A program made the translations under genes and the position numbers. The notes under the pieces were generated by a model that was not told the DNA's origin, did not search any database, and worked only from the letters and a program-made list of their open reading frames with translations. A stretch of 64,000 bases of DNA from Isurus oxyrinchus. Taxonomy: Eukaryota. Numbering within the stretch: the first letter of the stretch is position 1; every line of letters starts with the position of its first letter. Below, piece after piece: positions 13,508 through 25,907 of this stretch. The stretch spans positions 16,120,001-16,184,000 of the forward strand of contig JANJGN010000005.1 in NCBI GenBank assembly GCA_026770705.1, written 5' to 3'.

Positions 13508-14013
13508 ATTTAGGTCTTGAGCTCCCTCCTCCATCCCCACCCCATTTCTGTTTCTTCCCCCTTCCTTTTGTTTTTTCCAATAAATTATATAGATTTTTCT
13601 TTTCCCACCTATTTCCATTATTTTTAAATATTTTTAAATCTTTTATGCTCCCCCCACCCCCACTAGAGCTATACCTTGAGTGCCCTACCATCCATTCTTA
13701 AGTAGCACATTCGTTTAGATAATATCACCAACTTTAACTTTAACACCTATGTGTTCTTTTGTTCTGTTGTCTGTGACATCTTTTGATGATCTGCTTCTAT
13801 CACTGCTTGTTTGTCCCTACAACCACACCACCCCCCTCCACTTCTCTCCCCCAACCCAAACACACATACCTTAAACCAGCTTATATTTCACCCCTTCCTT
13901 GGATTCACCTAGTTCTGTTGAAGGATCACGAGGACTCGAAACGTCAACTCTTTTCTTCTCTGCCGATGCTGCCAGACTGCTGAGTTTTTCCAGGTAATTC
14001 TGTTCTTGTTTTG
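13508..14013 (+). mobile_element. Penelope-like element 3' (pLTR) fragment with 12-bp TSD
   Basis: Perfect TSD GTAATTTAAGTA at 13496-13507 and 14014-14025. Ends with hammerhead motif plus gatgctgccagactgctgagtttttccag, typical of fish/shark Penelope termini. Confidence 0.75.
13911..13949 (+). ncRNA. Minimal type I hammerhead-ribozyme-like motif (variant or decayed core)
   Basis: AGTT-CTGTTGA-A-GGATC acgag GACTC-GAAAC-GTC-AACT: stem I AGUU/AACU, stem II, GAAA, GUC cleavage triplet. The core reads CUGUUGA rather than CUGANGA. Confidence 0.55.
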
Positions 14014-14671
14014 GTAATTTAAGTAGCTGTATAACAAAAGGGAGTATGTGAAGAAGTACTTCAACACTTTTGCAGACTCTTTGTAACATTGATTTCCTAC
14101 CCATGCAATCCACCCCTTGTTTTTACATGGAAAACCTACCACTGTTTTAACACCAATTTTCACCCTTTTGTATTTGCAAAGCATTAAAGCTAAAAACAGA
14201 AATCCCTTATAAATAATGTTAATTGAAGAAGCACTCCAAACATAAGGTTATACTAAGGTGGCTGCTTGAAAATTATCAGTGATGGTTAAACCTTTGAGAT
14301 CAGCTTCATGTTTCTTTGTGCCTGGGGCAATATTGGAATGAATTGCATAAAGTAGAATATTAAGTTTTCATTAACTGAGGAATATTTAAACAACATAATG
14401 TTGTGTTCCATTTATCAATGTGATAGTTAACTAGGAATATTGTATATATTATAATAAGCACCTTGTTGTACCATATTATGTTCAAGGCATGATCATTCCA
14501 GCGTAGAATCACTTAATGCAAAACAGCTTCTAGTCTATTTCCTCTAAGATCTACCTAAGTATGTGAGTTAGCACTCTGTTGATTGCAGTTGACCTGATAC
14601 AGTGTTGTATATTCTATACTTAGTGCCACATTTTCTATTAAGTCTGAACATTAAGTCTATAATGGAATAAT

Positions 14672-15308
14672 GCAATAATGGAAATTCCTAACATACTCCG
14701 CAATTGTCTGAATAATTCCAGATATCTGTTACACTGTACAAAAATTGAATGCTTTATATTCCATTTCCTCTAGATCATGAAGCCCAAAGAAAGATGGCAC
14801 ACATGTATATAGTTCCACATTCGTCATGGTGTCCTAGAATTTTGGAGCTTCAGATAAAATAGTCCAATTGTGTGTGGTGACACCAAGCGTGTAATGTTAA
14901 ACCAAAGCCCCATCTACCCTCTGATATGGAGGTAAAAGATCCCATTGCACTATTTCGAAGAAAAGTAGGGCAGTTATCCCTTGTGCCATATTTATCCATC
15001 AATCAGTATCACAAAAACAGATTATTTGGTTGTTATCATATTACTGTTTGTGGGAGATTCTTGTATGCAAATTTACAATGTCCTGTGGTCATGAAAGACA
15101 CTACATAAATGCAAGTCTTTCTTCCTCCAGTGGACCAACAGAACTTAGGCAATTTTTAATGCACCTCGCTTGTTAACAAAGCATTAAAAGTCTACATATT
15201 CCACAGTTAAACAGTGTGGTGTCTAACACATTCAGTTTTTGTGCAGTGTAACAGATATCTGGAATTATTCAGGCAATTGTGGAGTATGTTAGGAATTTCC
15301 ATTATTGC
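14672..15308. repeat. 80-bp inverted repeat (arms 14672-14751 and 15229-15308, 76/80 identical)
   Basis: Direct base-by-base comparison of the left arm with the reverse complement of the right arm. Confidence 0.95.
14890..15122 (+). mobile_element. Deu-domain SINE fragment (SacSINE1/AmnSINE1-related)
   Basis: gtaaaagatcccattgcactatttcgaaga..atatttatcc..aaaacagattat..ctgtttgtggga..aaatgcaagtcttt. Related pieces lie at ~35905, ~38535(-), ~39790(-), ~47440(-) and ~63745. Confidence 0.7.
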
Positions 15309-17720
15309 TTTTCTCTGATTTCATGAACAACAATGTGCGGCACACACTGACTCTTATTTTAGATGATGGCATTGGGCATTGAGCTCATTTCCTGTATAAT
15401 TAAATGCTTGGCTGAAAAGAAAAATAGATTTTTACTTCTAAATATTCCCTAATAGTTGGTTTAAAATAATGAATAATGGGAATTAGATGATTACAGTTAT
15501 CAGATTGCATTTACAATATTGTGCAATTGCATGGAGCACAAGTTAAAGTACACTACAGAATACTTGATTCAAAATATAATCTATTGTATTTACTCTTTGC
15601 TAACTTATATTTGATTAGGATGCTTTTACCTTGTAAAATTATCCACTTTCTCTTCCTACTGTTATTCTGATTGCATGAACAGATTGTGCAAAAAAAATCT
15701 ATTTTCTTGACGTTTGCTGCTTTTCAGAAGTGTAACTTATTGTTTTCATTTTGCCTTCCACTTCCCTGGCCACAAGGTCCCTGTCCTCTCTACTAGGGAT
15801 AAAGTAGACTTTATGCATCTGTTCCAAATGCTGCAAAAGTCAAGTCACCTTACTTTTGAAGTATATTTTTTTAATACATATTTGTTCAACTGATGATGAA
15901 TCATGAAAATACACAGTACAAAAAGAAGCCATTCAATCTATCATGTCTTTGCCAACTCTTTGAAAGAGCAATCTAATTACTTCTACTTCCTGATCTTTTC
16001 TCATAGTCCATTTTTTTCCTTCATGTATTTGGCCAATTCCCTTTTGAAAGTGGCCATTAAATCGACTTCCACCTCTACTCTCAGCCAGTGATTTCCTGCT
16101 TTAAACAACTTGCTGTATAAAATAAAATTCTCCTCATCTCCCCTGTGGCGGGTGGGGGGGGGGGGGGGGAGGTGGGGGGGGGTGGTGGGGTGGCAGGTTG
16201 GGGGTGCCCAAGCAGCGACAACCTACCTTATATTTACGCTCCTGTTTCTCATTGGCTCCCACAAGTGAGCCAATACTTGCCTCTAATGGACTTCTATTTC
16301 CATGCCTGTGAAAGTGGTTGCTATGCAGTCTCCAATCCATTGACAGTGATGTTCCTTTTCTGCTGCTCGGCCAAAATCCTGGAGCTCCCTTCTGACAGCA
16401 CTGCAGGTGTATCTACACTAGATGGACCACCGCTTTCTCAAGGGCAATTAGGGTTGGGCAACAAATGCTGGCCTTGCCAACAATGTTCACATTCCATGAA
16501 AGAATCAAAAAGAGGTCAAAGTCATATTGATGTCCTAGGGGCCTGCCACTTGAAATGGGCAAGTGCTTTGGACTCCTGGTGACAGAATCCTCTCAAAATG
16601 GGGTCAGCCGCATCACCAGTCAACCAGCTGATAAAGATACCAACCCTATTTTGAGGTTCATAGTGTCGTATTGCCTGACGAAGGCAGTCAAAATCGACCT
16701 CAATTAGCTTTTGTAATGTACGAGAGGCTTAATAGGATGGCTGAATGAGGTTCCTTTTGTAAGGCTACAACAGTTAATAGCTAGTCTCTGTAAAGGCCTT
16801 TCAATATAACGGCATTTCCTGAAACTTCACATGACACTGTGTTATACATGTAAGTTTATTGCTTTAAATATAGCCTGTGTAAGGTCCACAGAAATGGATA
16901 GTTTGTTCAAATAAATTATAGAGTGTGACAAAATAGAGCAATTTGTACTATTAGGAAATATTTATGGAGAAAGCATTACAAATTCAGTGCTCAGCAACAA
17001 GTAAACTATTGACTAAAACTTTGTCTAACATTAATGGTTATACAGTATGTAGTAAATGATTTACTGTGACTATTGCTGTTTTTATAATGCTTGCACTCAG
17101 TACCACACAAGATGCGTTTCCCATTTTTCAAAATTTCTTTGAACTCAGTAAAAAAAAACATTGTGCATCTAATAATGTCAAACAAGGCTGGTCGCATATT
17201 GTGCTTCTCCTTTTCCACTTAGTTGTTCTACAAGGAGTAGTTAGAGAAAACTTAATTCACTCCTCCACTATCTTGTTTGCTTAAAACAACATTAAACTGG
17301 AGCCTACCTTTTCTTAATTCCATGAGTACTTGTTGAAATAATGCATTGCAATCAATTACAAAATATTAGTTTTCTTTGCTAAATTGATGGTTTGTGGTGG
17401 TTTTACATGTTGGTCACCCAAACATTGATTACGTAGTTAAAGTCTAATCCACAAGTCTTGATGACCTAATTTTGGTTTCAGTGCATATCATTATGTTGTG
17501 CTTGGAGACAAGATAATGTAGATTAATTTGGCAAATTTTAATTTCTATCTTTTATCTAATAAATGTTTCCTTTAAACCATTGACATCTTTGAACATGCAG
17601 AAACAGTTGAAGGAAGGCGCATTTTGGCGAACTATTGAGTGGTGAGAACCTACAAAAGCTCTTTCAAGTAGCTGCATTCCTGTCATTCAAGCCCTTTGCA
17701 GTCAAATTGCAAAGCTCTGT

Positions 17721-20700
17721 GGGCAGAATCGTTCCAGATTTGCACTAAATGCGGTACAGGCGGGGAAATGGATGATTTACCTACCGCCCACAATAGTGGC
17801 TTTTCACGGCATATCATCCCATTCCCACCTCATTCGTTATGCATTCCCAGGAAACATACTGGGTTGCTAGCCTCTGATTCACACGCACCGCTGTCATCGC
17901 AGACCTTCAGGAACCGGGCACCGTATATAAGGGCTGCCCCTGCACATAGTGCCAGCACTCTTCAAGGGATAGGAAGTTGCTGGGAACTGATGGCTGCCAA
18001 AGGGAGGAAACATGCTGCCCCCAGATTTAGCAGTGCCTCCCTCAAGCGCCTACTGGGCACATTGGAAGCCTACCGTGAAGTCCTCTACCCCCGCTCTGGG
18101 CGAAAACCAGCAAGCAAGGTCACCAATCCAGCATGTGGTGTGGCGGCAGCAGTGGTCAGCGCCAACACCCTGCAAAAGAGGACAGCCACCCGGTACCGAA
18201 AGAGGGTGAATGGGTTCATCCATTCCGCTGGGGTGAGTCACTCTTCTCATCACTGTCAACTCACAAACCCATCACACATCCACAGGGATCTCACACCTCA
18301 AGGAACAACACCACTAACTCTCACACACACCCTCACACCTCCATCAGGCTCATATCTTCTGCAGCTCGGGTTCTCATCCCGTCAACGGCTCCACTCACCA
18401 TACAAACATTCCATTCTGTGCCATGCGTCCTGCTCATGCTCTCTCCATCTATTTTCATGCAGGAGAAGCTGGCTCACAATAACAGGGAGAGGTCCCAGAC
18501 CCAGGGGTAGAGTGGCCCGCATTAAACTCCTCACCCGGTTTGAGGGGTGTGCCATCTGCTGACTGGTGAGAACCTGGACTGTGCCTGTGGTGACAGTGAG
18601 GTCAGCGGTGAACACCCACGTGAGGATCCTGCATCACATCATCCCTCTCTCAACACAACTATGAATGCTCGCTCTCCTTTTGACTCTGCTGCCATGCACT
18701 ACTTATCTCTACTTTGGTTCACAGGGAGCTTTGCCAAGCAGATGACACCCTTGGCCAGCCAGCCCCTCAGCTCCATCCTGGTCTGCACCTCCAGCAAAAA
18801 GGACACCTCCTTCATTGAAGAGCTGGAAATAAGCAGCCTGGAAGATCCATCACAGCGTTTACCCACACCATCCACCAGCACAGAGACATGCACCTCAGTG
18901 GGCCCTAGATGTATAACAGGCTTGGGTTCACAATCTGGTGGTCACTGCATGGACATGTGTCTGCAGCAGGAGGAGGCAGGTTCAGCTAAGCTCCGCAGCA
19001 CTTGGAGGACTGCTGGGGGAGAGGCCTCTGTGAGTTCCGAGTCAGATGACAACCCTCTGGACTTCGCCTTGCAACTCATCGTGGAGAGTCAGCAGAAGGC
19101 GGGGGGGACATCATGCAGAGCTGTTGGAAGCCTTCAACAGAGTGGCACGCGAGTTGGAGGAGTGCATCCGCCTGCTCTCTGATGAAGTGGTGCCCACATG
19201 TACGCATATGGAAGCGTATGGATGGAGGATGTCATGGAGACCCCGTGGTCCAGCAGAACACAGACATGCACGCGGACCTGCACTCCATTGTGGCAGCCAT
19301 TGGTGAGTTCCTGCAGTGGCAACATGAGAGGGGAACGGGGTCCCTCGACGTCCCTCCAGGTGTTTATTCCCTCCATGGAGACAGGCCGGGGCTGTCAGGC
19401 ACCCGAAAGGAGGAGGCACAGCAGCTGAGCACCCCTGGGTCATCCACTACAGAATCTCAGAGGCTGCCCAATCTCTCCAAATCGCCTTTGCCTGTGAGCC
19501 TCTCAATCTTGTCCTATGTTACCGCAGAGGGAGCAGGTGGCCCACGGGAAAGTAGCCAAAGGAAGCCAGGGTCCTCAGGGCATCGACTCACCAGAGGACC
19601 CAAGCTGAAGTCATCAGAGGTAACAGGCTCAACAGGCTGTCTGCACCCTTGCTGTGGATGTCAAGGCAGGACCTAGAAGAAGTGATAGGCCTAGAAAAGT
19701 TGCGAATTTCTGATCACAAGTAGTCGTACTGGTGAACGCATTTTGTCGCTTTATAATCTGAAAATGCTCTCACTTTCACTGAATGATATGTAATGGTGTC
19801 TTTCAGCTTCATTTACAGGCTTTGTGAGTCCTCCCCCTGAATCATTACACCCCCCCCCCCCCCCCCCCCCCCCCCGCCCCCCCCCCCCACCAACCACCAC
19901 TAGCAGTTCAGCTGCACGCAGCCGGACCACGAATGATTCTGGAGGGAGAAGTGTGTGTGTGGCAGGGCCTTTTGGAGCCTTGTGCAGACGTGGAGGCTTC
20001 CTCCGTCACACTCATTTCAATGTCCTGAGCATTTCAATGCTGCCTGCTAGGGTTCACTTTCAGTTGTCCATCTGAGTTGACCTGCATCTCTCCCCACTCA
20101 CTGATCGCACTCCCATGCAGCATCTGTTCCCTCCCAACATGAGACTTCTCTCACTTTTGTTTTGAGTTCAGAAGCATGGTGGTTGTAAAGTATGTCTTAA
20201 GCTCCCCCGTTCCTTCCTCCCTTCCAGTCACCCGTGTCCTTTCCTCCATCACTGTTGGGCCCCCTGGCATCACTTTCTACCTCCCCACTCTTAGCTACCA
20301 ACTAGAAACCTTTTCTTTCCAGGATGTCCAGGTGAACATGCACTTCCCTTTCTTTTCGAGAATCCTATCCCCATCCACATCAACCACCCCGACCGCCTCC
20401 TTCACACCCTCAGGGTCCGTGTCTGCCTCCGAGTCCCCACAAACCACCCTCGCCATACCTTTTATTGCACCCTTGCCCTCCCACCCTACTGGTCACTCTG
20501 CCCTCTCTCATACTCACCATTCCCTCCTACCACATCCACCTTCAGTTCACTCCTGGGAGGCAGTCATTGACTCCACAGATCTCTCCCTTGCTTGTTCACC
20601 TGGACATCCCCCCCACTTACTTCTTCCTCCATCTTTAATCCTTCCTTCCTCCCCCTTTACTCTTTCCTCCCCCTTTATGCCTTCCTCCCTCTTCATTCTT

Positions 20701-21409
20701 TCCTCCCCCCTTACATCTTCCTCCTCATCAGTTGTTGCACTCTCTCCTAATACACCCTCCACCCCCTGTACTCCCTCCCCCTCCGAACCTCACGCCCCTC
20801 CCTGGCACCATCGTTCCCCCCAATCTCATACCCCCGACACCATCGCTTCTCCCCCTCCCAACCTCACCCCAACCCCCCTCCCGGTACACCATCCTTTCCC
20901 AGTCAAACCTAGACCTTCCGCTCCACCCACCTCGATGATCATTCGCAGAAGCTCAGGCCAAGACCCTGATGTCCCGAAGCAGACCCCAGACATCAATGGT
21001 GACCCTCCACTTTCCATGAGCTGCTTTGTGGTGGAGCCATGTCCACCTACATGCGATGCATGTGTCCCTCCAGTGCCCAGTAGCTGTAGGGCTCCCGCAT
21101 CTTCTGCTCCTTCGATGTCTGCGAATAGAGCAAGGCCCTAACGGTAAATCCCGACTTCTGCACTTCACACTTGTCAAGACGTCTGGGTCAGCGTGTTTTC
21201 CCATCGACGTACCCAGATGATCCAGCGTGGTGTGTGATGCTGCTGAGCAGGGCTTATAATTATTAAAATGACATTCCCAACGTGCGGCGGTGGGAAAGGC
21301 TGCCCGCCATTGACTGGTGGAGCGGACGATAGCAAACTGGTTTCCCGCCATTTTGTCCGCTCAAACCTGCTGTGACACCTGACACCAACGGGGACGGAAA
21401 ATTCCGGCC
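17721..21409 (+). mobile_element. PIF/Harbinger element (~3.7 kb) carrying a Myb/SANT gene but no recognisable transposase
   Basis: Termini GGGCAGAAT..ATTCCGGCC; both ends are homologous to the 24008-25907 copy. Contains an intron-containing Myb-like gene. Confidence 0.8.
17990..19713 (+). pseudogene. Harbinger Myb/SANT-like DNA-binding protein gene (NAIF1/MSANTD-like), 3 exons, frameshifted
   Basis: TATATAA at 17924-17930. Exon 1 17990-18232 (MAAKGRKHAAPRFSSASLKRLL..VVSANTLQKRTATRYRKRVN, donor GTGAGT); exon 2 18463-18619 (EKLAHNNRERSQT.G, frameshifted); exon 3 from 18725, ending RRSDRPRKVANF*. Confidence 0.75.
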
Positions 21410-21794
21410 TACTTTTCAGTATTGAATATTGTGACAATTTACAGTGAAAAGTGAAAAGTAATCCTCCACGTTTCGAACCACCTGTCACTCATGATTATTA
21501 ATAAATAACCTGTTTAAAAACCATTCTGGCCCGTGATTCTGTAATATTTTGAGACTGTTACCATCGCACAATGGAGCATTTGAAATTCAGTTTTAAACTT
21601 TACCTGTTGTAGGTGATGATGGGGAGTGGTGGGGTGCGGAAACCAGCCGGTGTAATGAGTTAGACAGGTCCTGTGGATAGAAATTTCCTTTTCCTGTCTG
21701 GTCTGAGTGCCCAGAATGAAGCTGTTTTGGCAGGAAACAACATAGTTCTTAGAAATGGGTGTGGATCCACAGTGCAAAACTGCCAGAAATTCTG

Positions 21795-22770
21795 CATAAA
21801 GCCCCCATGAAATGAAGGCCAACATTCCATTCACTATTTTTAATTGATTTTTACATTTGTCTATTAGCTTTTAGAGATTTCTGTGCTTGGACTCCTAAAT
21901 ATTTAACTGCTGTACAGTTTCTATTTTCTTACCACTTGGAAACTACTTCAATTTATCACTCATGGATCCAAAGTGGATGACTTCACACTTGCTCTATTTG
22001 CTTTTTTTTCACCCCACTTACTCAACTGACTGTGCCCCTTTACAATGTCCTGCTCATATCTATACTATTCCTTATCCCTCCTAACTGAGTGTCATCTGCA
22101 AACCCTCTGTCATCCAAGTCATCAGTAAATATGGTGATAACTTGAGGCCCGGAACAGGTCTTTTAACAAACCCATGCGTTCTCTCTCTGATCAGCTGAAA
22201 TTTGTTTAAGTGCTAAAACACTCCAACACTCATGATAAATTCTAATGTTTCCCCCACAACTGACAAGCCTGGTTTCCTGGTTTCCACCCCCCCCATGATT
22301 TTATTACGATCGAGTGACATAAGCAAATTTCCAATCCTTCGGTGCAACTGCAGAGGAGTCAAATTTTAAAGCAAGAGACCTTTGAAAGATTATGACTGGT
22401 GCTTCTGAAAGTTCCTCATCTATTTATTTTAATGCCCTGAGGTCAAAACTATCAGGCCTTGGAGATGTATCTCTTTTAAGCCCTGTTATTTCTCCATTAC
22501 TATTTTTTAAAACTTGTATTGAATCTAGAGAGTTTCACCCCTTTTCTTATTTTTAGTTTCTGTCACTGGTATTTTATCCTGTTTCTCCTCTTTGGAGAAA
22601 GATACAATGCACTCATTTAATATATTGCCATTGTCTTGTTGTCTATTGCAATATCAGCTGCACTTGTCTTTGGGCAAACTTCTCTGTTAGCCACTCACTT
22701 ACTCTTAATGTCTTTATTAAAACTTTTACTTGGAAGTTCCTTCTTGAATTTCCATTTAGCAGCTTTTAAT
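21795..22770 (-). mobile_element. Old CR1 fragments, minus strand
   Basis: Reverse-complement CR1 motifs (aaggccaacattcca, gtcatctgcaaa, atcaggccttggagat). Confidence 0.6.
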
Positions 22771-23211
22771 GGGTGGAATCTGATGCTGAAAATTTATTTT
22801 CAGGCGTCGGGACCATTTTCGGATCTCGATCCGGCAGGGGTGTGTAGTATGCACTCTGGCATGATCTTCTGGGATGCAGCCCTCACTAGCTAGCCACCCC
22901 CATATCCATCCTCAAATTAAGGAAAGCGGGTAGGTTCCTAGAAGCTGCTGGCCCAATCAGACGACTCTGTAGCCGCAGATGGCTGGCAACCCCACTGGGA
23001 GAGGTGGGCGCTGTGCTGAGGCAGTCAGGGGACGATGAGGCCACCTCAAAAATGGAAGCGTCTCTGGAGCGTGCAGGAAATGCCAAAATAACCAGGCCCC
23101 AGGCTGGTTGGGACATCAAAGTGGAGGGGAAACCCCTCTGGAGGTTTGTTATTGGCCATGTTTGTGGCCTTTCATCCCATTGCACTACTTTGGTCTGTGA
23201 AAATTCTGCCT
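22771..23211. mobile_element. Harbinger-type MITE (distinct family)
   Basis: Termini GGGTGGAAT..ATTCTGCCT, GC-rich interior, no coding capacity. TSD not conserved. Confidence 0.55.
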
Positions 23212-23680
23212 CCATATTTCTCTTTATTTTGATGATATACAGTAGCTGGTTTTACAAAACTTAGAAGTTGGTTTTGATCAGCAAAATCCTAAAATAATTT
23301 GGAGCTTCAGCTTATTTAAATATGTAACTTAAGGTTTACAATACACAAAAATCCAGTTCTTTAACTGTAAATATTTTGTTAACAAACCACACTAGTCAGG
23401 AGACCTATAGGGATCATTAACCATTATCCTCGTGTTATGGACAGCAGAGAGAGGTGAACTGAACTTCTTTACCTTCTCACCGTCTGTCCGCAAACTGACG
23501 TGTTTTTAATAGTTTTAGAAATGGGCGGTGGTGTGTTTTCCCCAAACCCTTAGTTTGTGAAGTTTATTTTTTTTCAAGTGACTTACAGCAAACTCTCTTT
23601 ATGGTTAAAACAGAAAGTTAGTTTATTCACACATACAAACCCGGGGATGGGGGCGGTAGCGATCGCAACTTCATACACGT

Positions 23681-23682
<2 letters not shown>

Positions 23683-23765
<83 letters not shown>
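23683..23765. repeat. (AC)n microsatellite, about 41 units
   Basis: Perfect AC run inside the solo LTR. Confidence 0.97.
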
Positions 23766-23767
<2 letters not shown>

Positions 23768-24007
23768 AATATATGGTTAGCGGGATAGGACAGAGGAGTT
23801 TTACAACTATGAATAACTCAACAGTAAAAGAACCATAGAAATAGGTATCAGTTCACATGATTCCCAGAGACCAGAAAGTTGAAGTCCGAAGAGGCGTTCC
23901 TTCTCAGAGGAGTTCCAGTTCCATTGATGATCTGGTTGAAGTCAGTATCGCAGTTTCTTTCAAATGGATAAAGATGCAGCGAGATAAGATTGCTGTGTGT
24001 AGACTTG

Positions 24008-25907
24008 GGGCGGAATCGTCCCAGAATTCCACTAAGTACGGTAGTGGGCGTGAAAAACGATGTTTCACCCACTGGACGCAATGACGGGTTTTTGCACTGT
24101 ATCGTCCCCTTCCAACCTCATTAATTATGCAGCCACAGGAAACACGCTGTCTCTTTTTTTTATATTCATTCATGGGATGTGGGCATCACTGGCTAGGCCA
24201 GCATTTATTGCCCATCCCTAATTGCCCTTGAGAAGGTGGTGGTGAGCTGCATTCCATGTGGTGCAAGTACACCCACAGTGCTGTTAGGGAGGGAGTTACA
24301 GGATTTTGACCCAGTGACAGCGAAGGAAGTGCAATATATTTCCAAGTCAGGATGGTGAGTGGCTTGGAGGAGAACTTCCAGGTGGTGGTGTTCCCACGTG
24401 CCTGCTGCCCTTGTCCTTCTAGTTGGTAGAGGTCATGGGTTTGGAAGGTGCTGTCTAAGGTGAGTTCCCGCAGTGCATCTTGTAGGTGGCACACACTGTT
24501 GACACAATACATCAGTGGTGGAGGGAGTGAATGTTTGTGGATGTGGTGCCTGTCAAGTGGGCTGCTTTGTCCCGGATGGCATCAAACTTCTTGAGTGTTG
24601 CGAGAGCTGCACTCATCCAGACAAATGGAGAGTATTCCATCAGACTCCTGACTTGTGCCTTGTAGATCATGCTCAGTCTTTGGGGAGTCAGGAAGTGAGT
24701 TACTCGCTGCAGGATTCCCAGCCTCTGAGCTGCTCTTGTACCACAATATTTATATAGCTGGTCCAGTTCAGTTCCTGGTCAATGGTAACTCTTGGTGGCG
24801 GCCTCTGAATTGCCCACCATGCCATTATCTCATGGTTTCCTCACTCCTGGTACCATATCTAAACTGCAGCCGCACACATAGTTCTCAGTGCTTGCAGCCC
24901 AGGACGCTCCAGTGAAGACATGGCCCTGAAAGCCAAGAGGGGTTCAGGTACCCGTCACTGCAATGCCTTTTGGTGAGACGTCATGATGTCCTCCACCCCA
25001 ACTCTAGCCGCAGAAGGTCCAGCAACCTCACACTCCGGCTTGGGAGGCTGTGGCAATTGTGGTCAGTGCCAATGCTGAACAGAAGAGGTTAGCCATCCAG
25101 TGCAGAAAGAGGATGAATGACCTCTTCTGTGCCGTCAGGGCAAGGCAACCATCTCATCACTCTAAACTCACACACTCACAAGGCCATCACATTCACTGGC
25201 ATCTCACTCACTGCCAACTCAAGGGACATCACCACGCACTGTCTTACACACCCCCTCACATCTCAACCTGGCCTCATCTCTTTTGGAGACTGCTTCCTCA
25301 GCCCTCACCATCTTGAGGCCACTTGCACAGATCAACATGTGCCCCCACACACACCCAGGGATATTCCCCTTCCCCAGTACAGCCCTCACCCTGCAGCCTC
25401 TTCCCTTACCTGAGGCCACTTCTCCCCCTTCCCCAAGCAAGCCCTAGCTCTGCAGTCATTGAAAAGCCACCCCACCTTACGGCGGGTCTGGTATGTAGAG
25501 ACGTACCCATGAGCCCCCATTAAAGTGATGTGGTGCTGCCTGCGAAGCCTGGTGCTGATGACCACGAGTGCTGCCCTAAACAGGGTAGACAAACAAACCT
25601 TGAAGGCCTGAGTGAAGTGCAGTTCACCAGGTGCACGTGGCTTTTGCACAGTTGAGAAACACGTCGGTGTAATTGATCCAGTGTGGGGGAATGAGTTCAG
25701 TGAGCAGGGCTTTTTATGAGATGCTAAAGTATTGAAATTAGGTTCCTGATGTGTCTTGGCAGGAAACGCGGCCTGCCATTGATGGGTAGAGTGGACGATC
25801 ACAAACGGGTATCATGATGACATAAAACTGATTTTTGGCCTTCTTGCCATATTGTCCACCCATGCTGCAAAACATGCCCCTGCCAACGAGAGTGGAAAAT
25901 TCCACCC
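24008..25907 (+). mobile_element. Deleted Harbinger copy (same family as 17721-21409), 3-bp TSD
   Basis: TTG|GGGCGGAAT..ATTCCACCC|TTG. Retains a Myb exon 1 remnant (WEAVAIVVSANAEQKRLAIQCRKRMNDL). Confidence 0.85.
24156..24788 (-). mobile_element. LINE family B 3' fragment nested in Harbinger, TSD CTCTT
   Basis: Poly-T plus reverse-complement tail at the left; CTCTT at 24151-24155 and 24789-24793; Harbinger sequence resumes afterwards. Confidence 0.85.

Noticed and set aside
16148-16205. Poly-G/poly-C tracts (also 19849-19890, 44098-44122, 59665-59720) as G-quadruplex regulators
   Set aside because: Homopolymer expansions, mostly inside TEs and prone to sequencing error; no evidence of function.
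17696-18562. 288-aa ORF as a single intact gene
   Set aside because: It starts outside the TIR and reads through intron 1. Only 17990-18232 is Myb exon 1, and downstream exons are frameshifted, so it is not a domesticated intact gene.
20176-21141. 321-aa Pro/Ser/Thr-rich ORF
   Set aside because: Product of C/T-rich low-complexity filler inside a Harbinger element; stop-poor by composition and with no domain.
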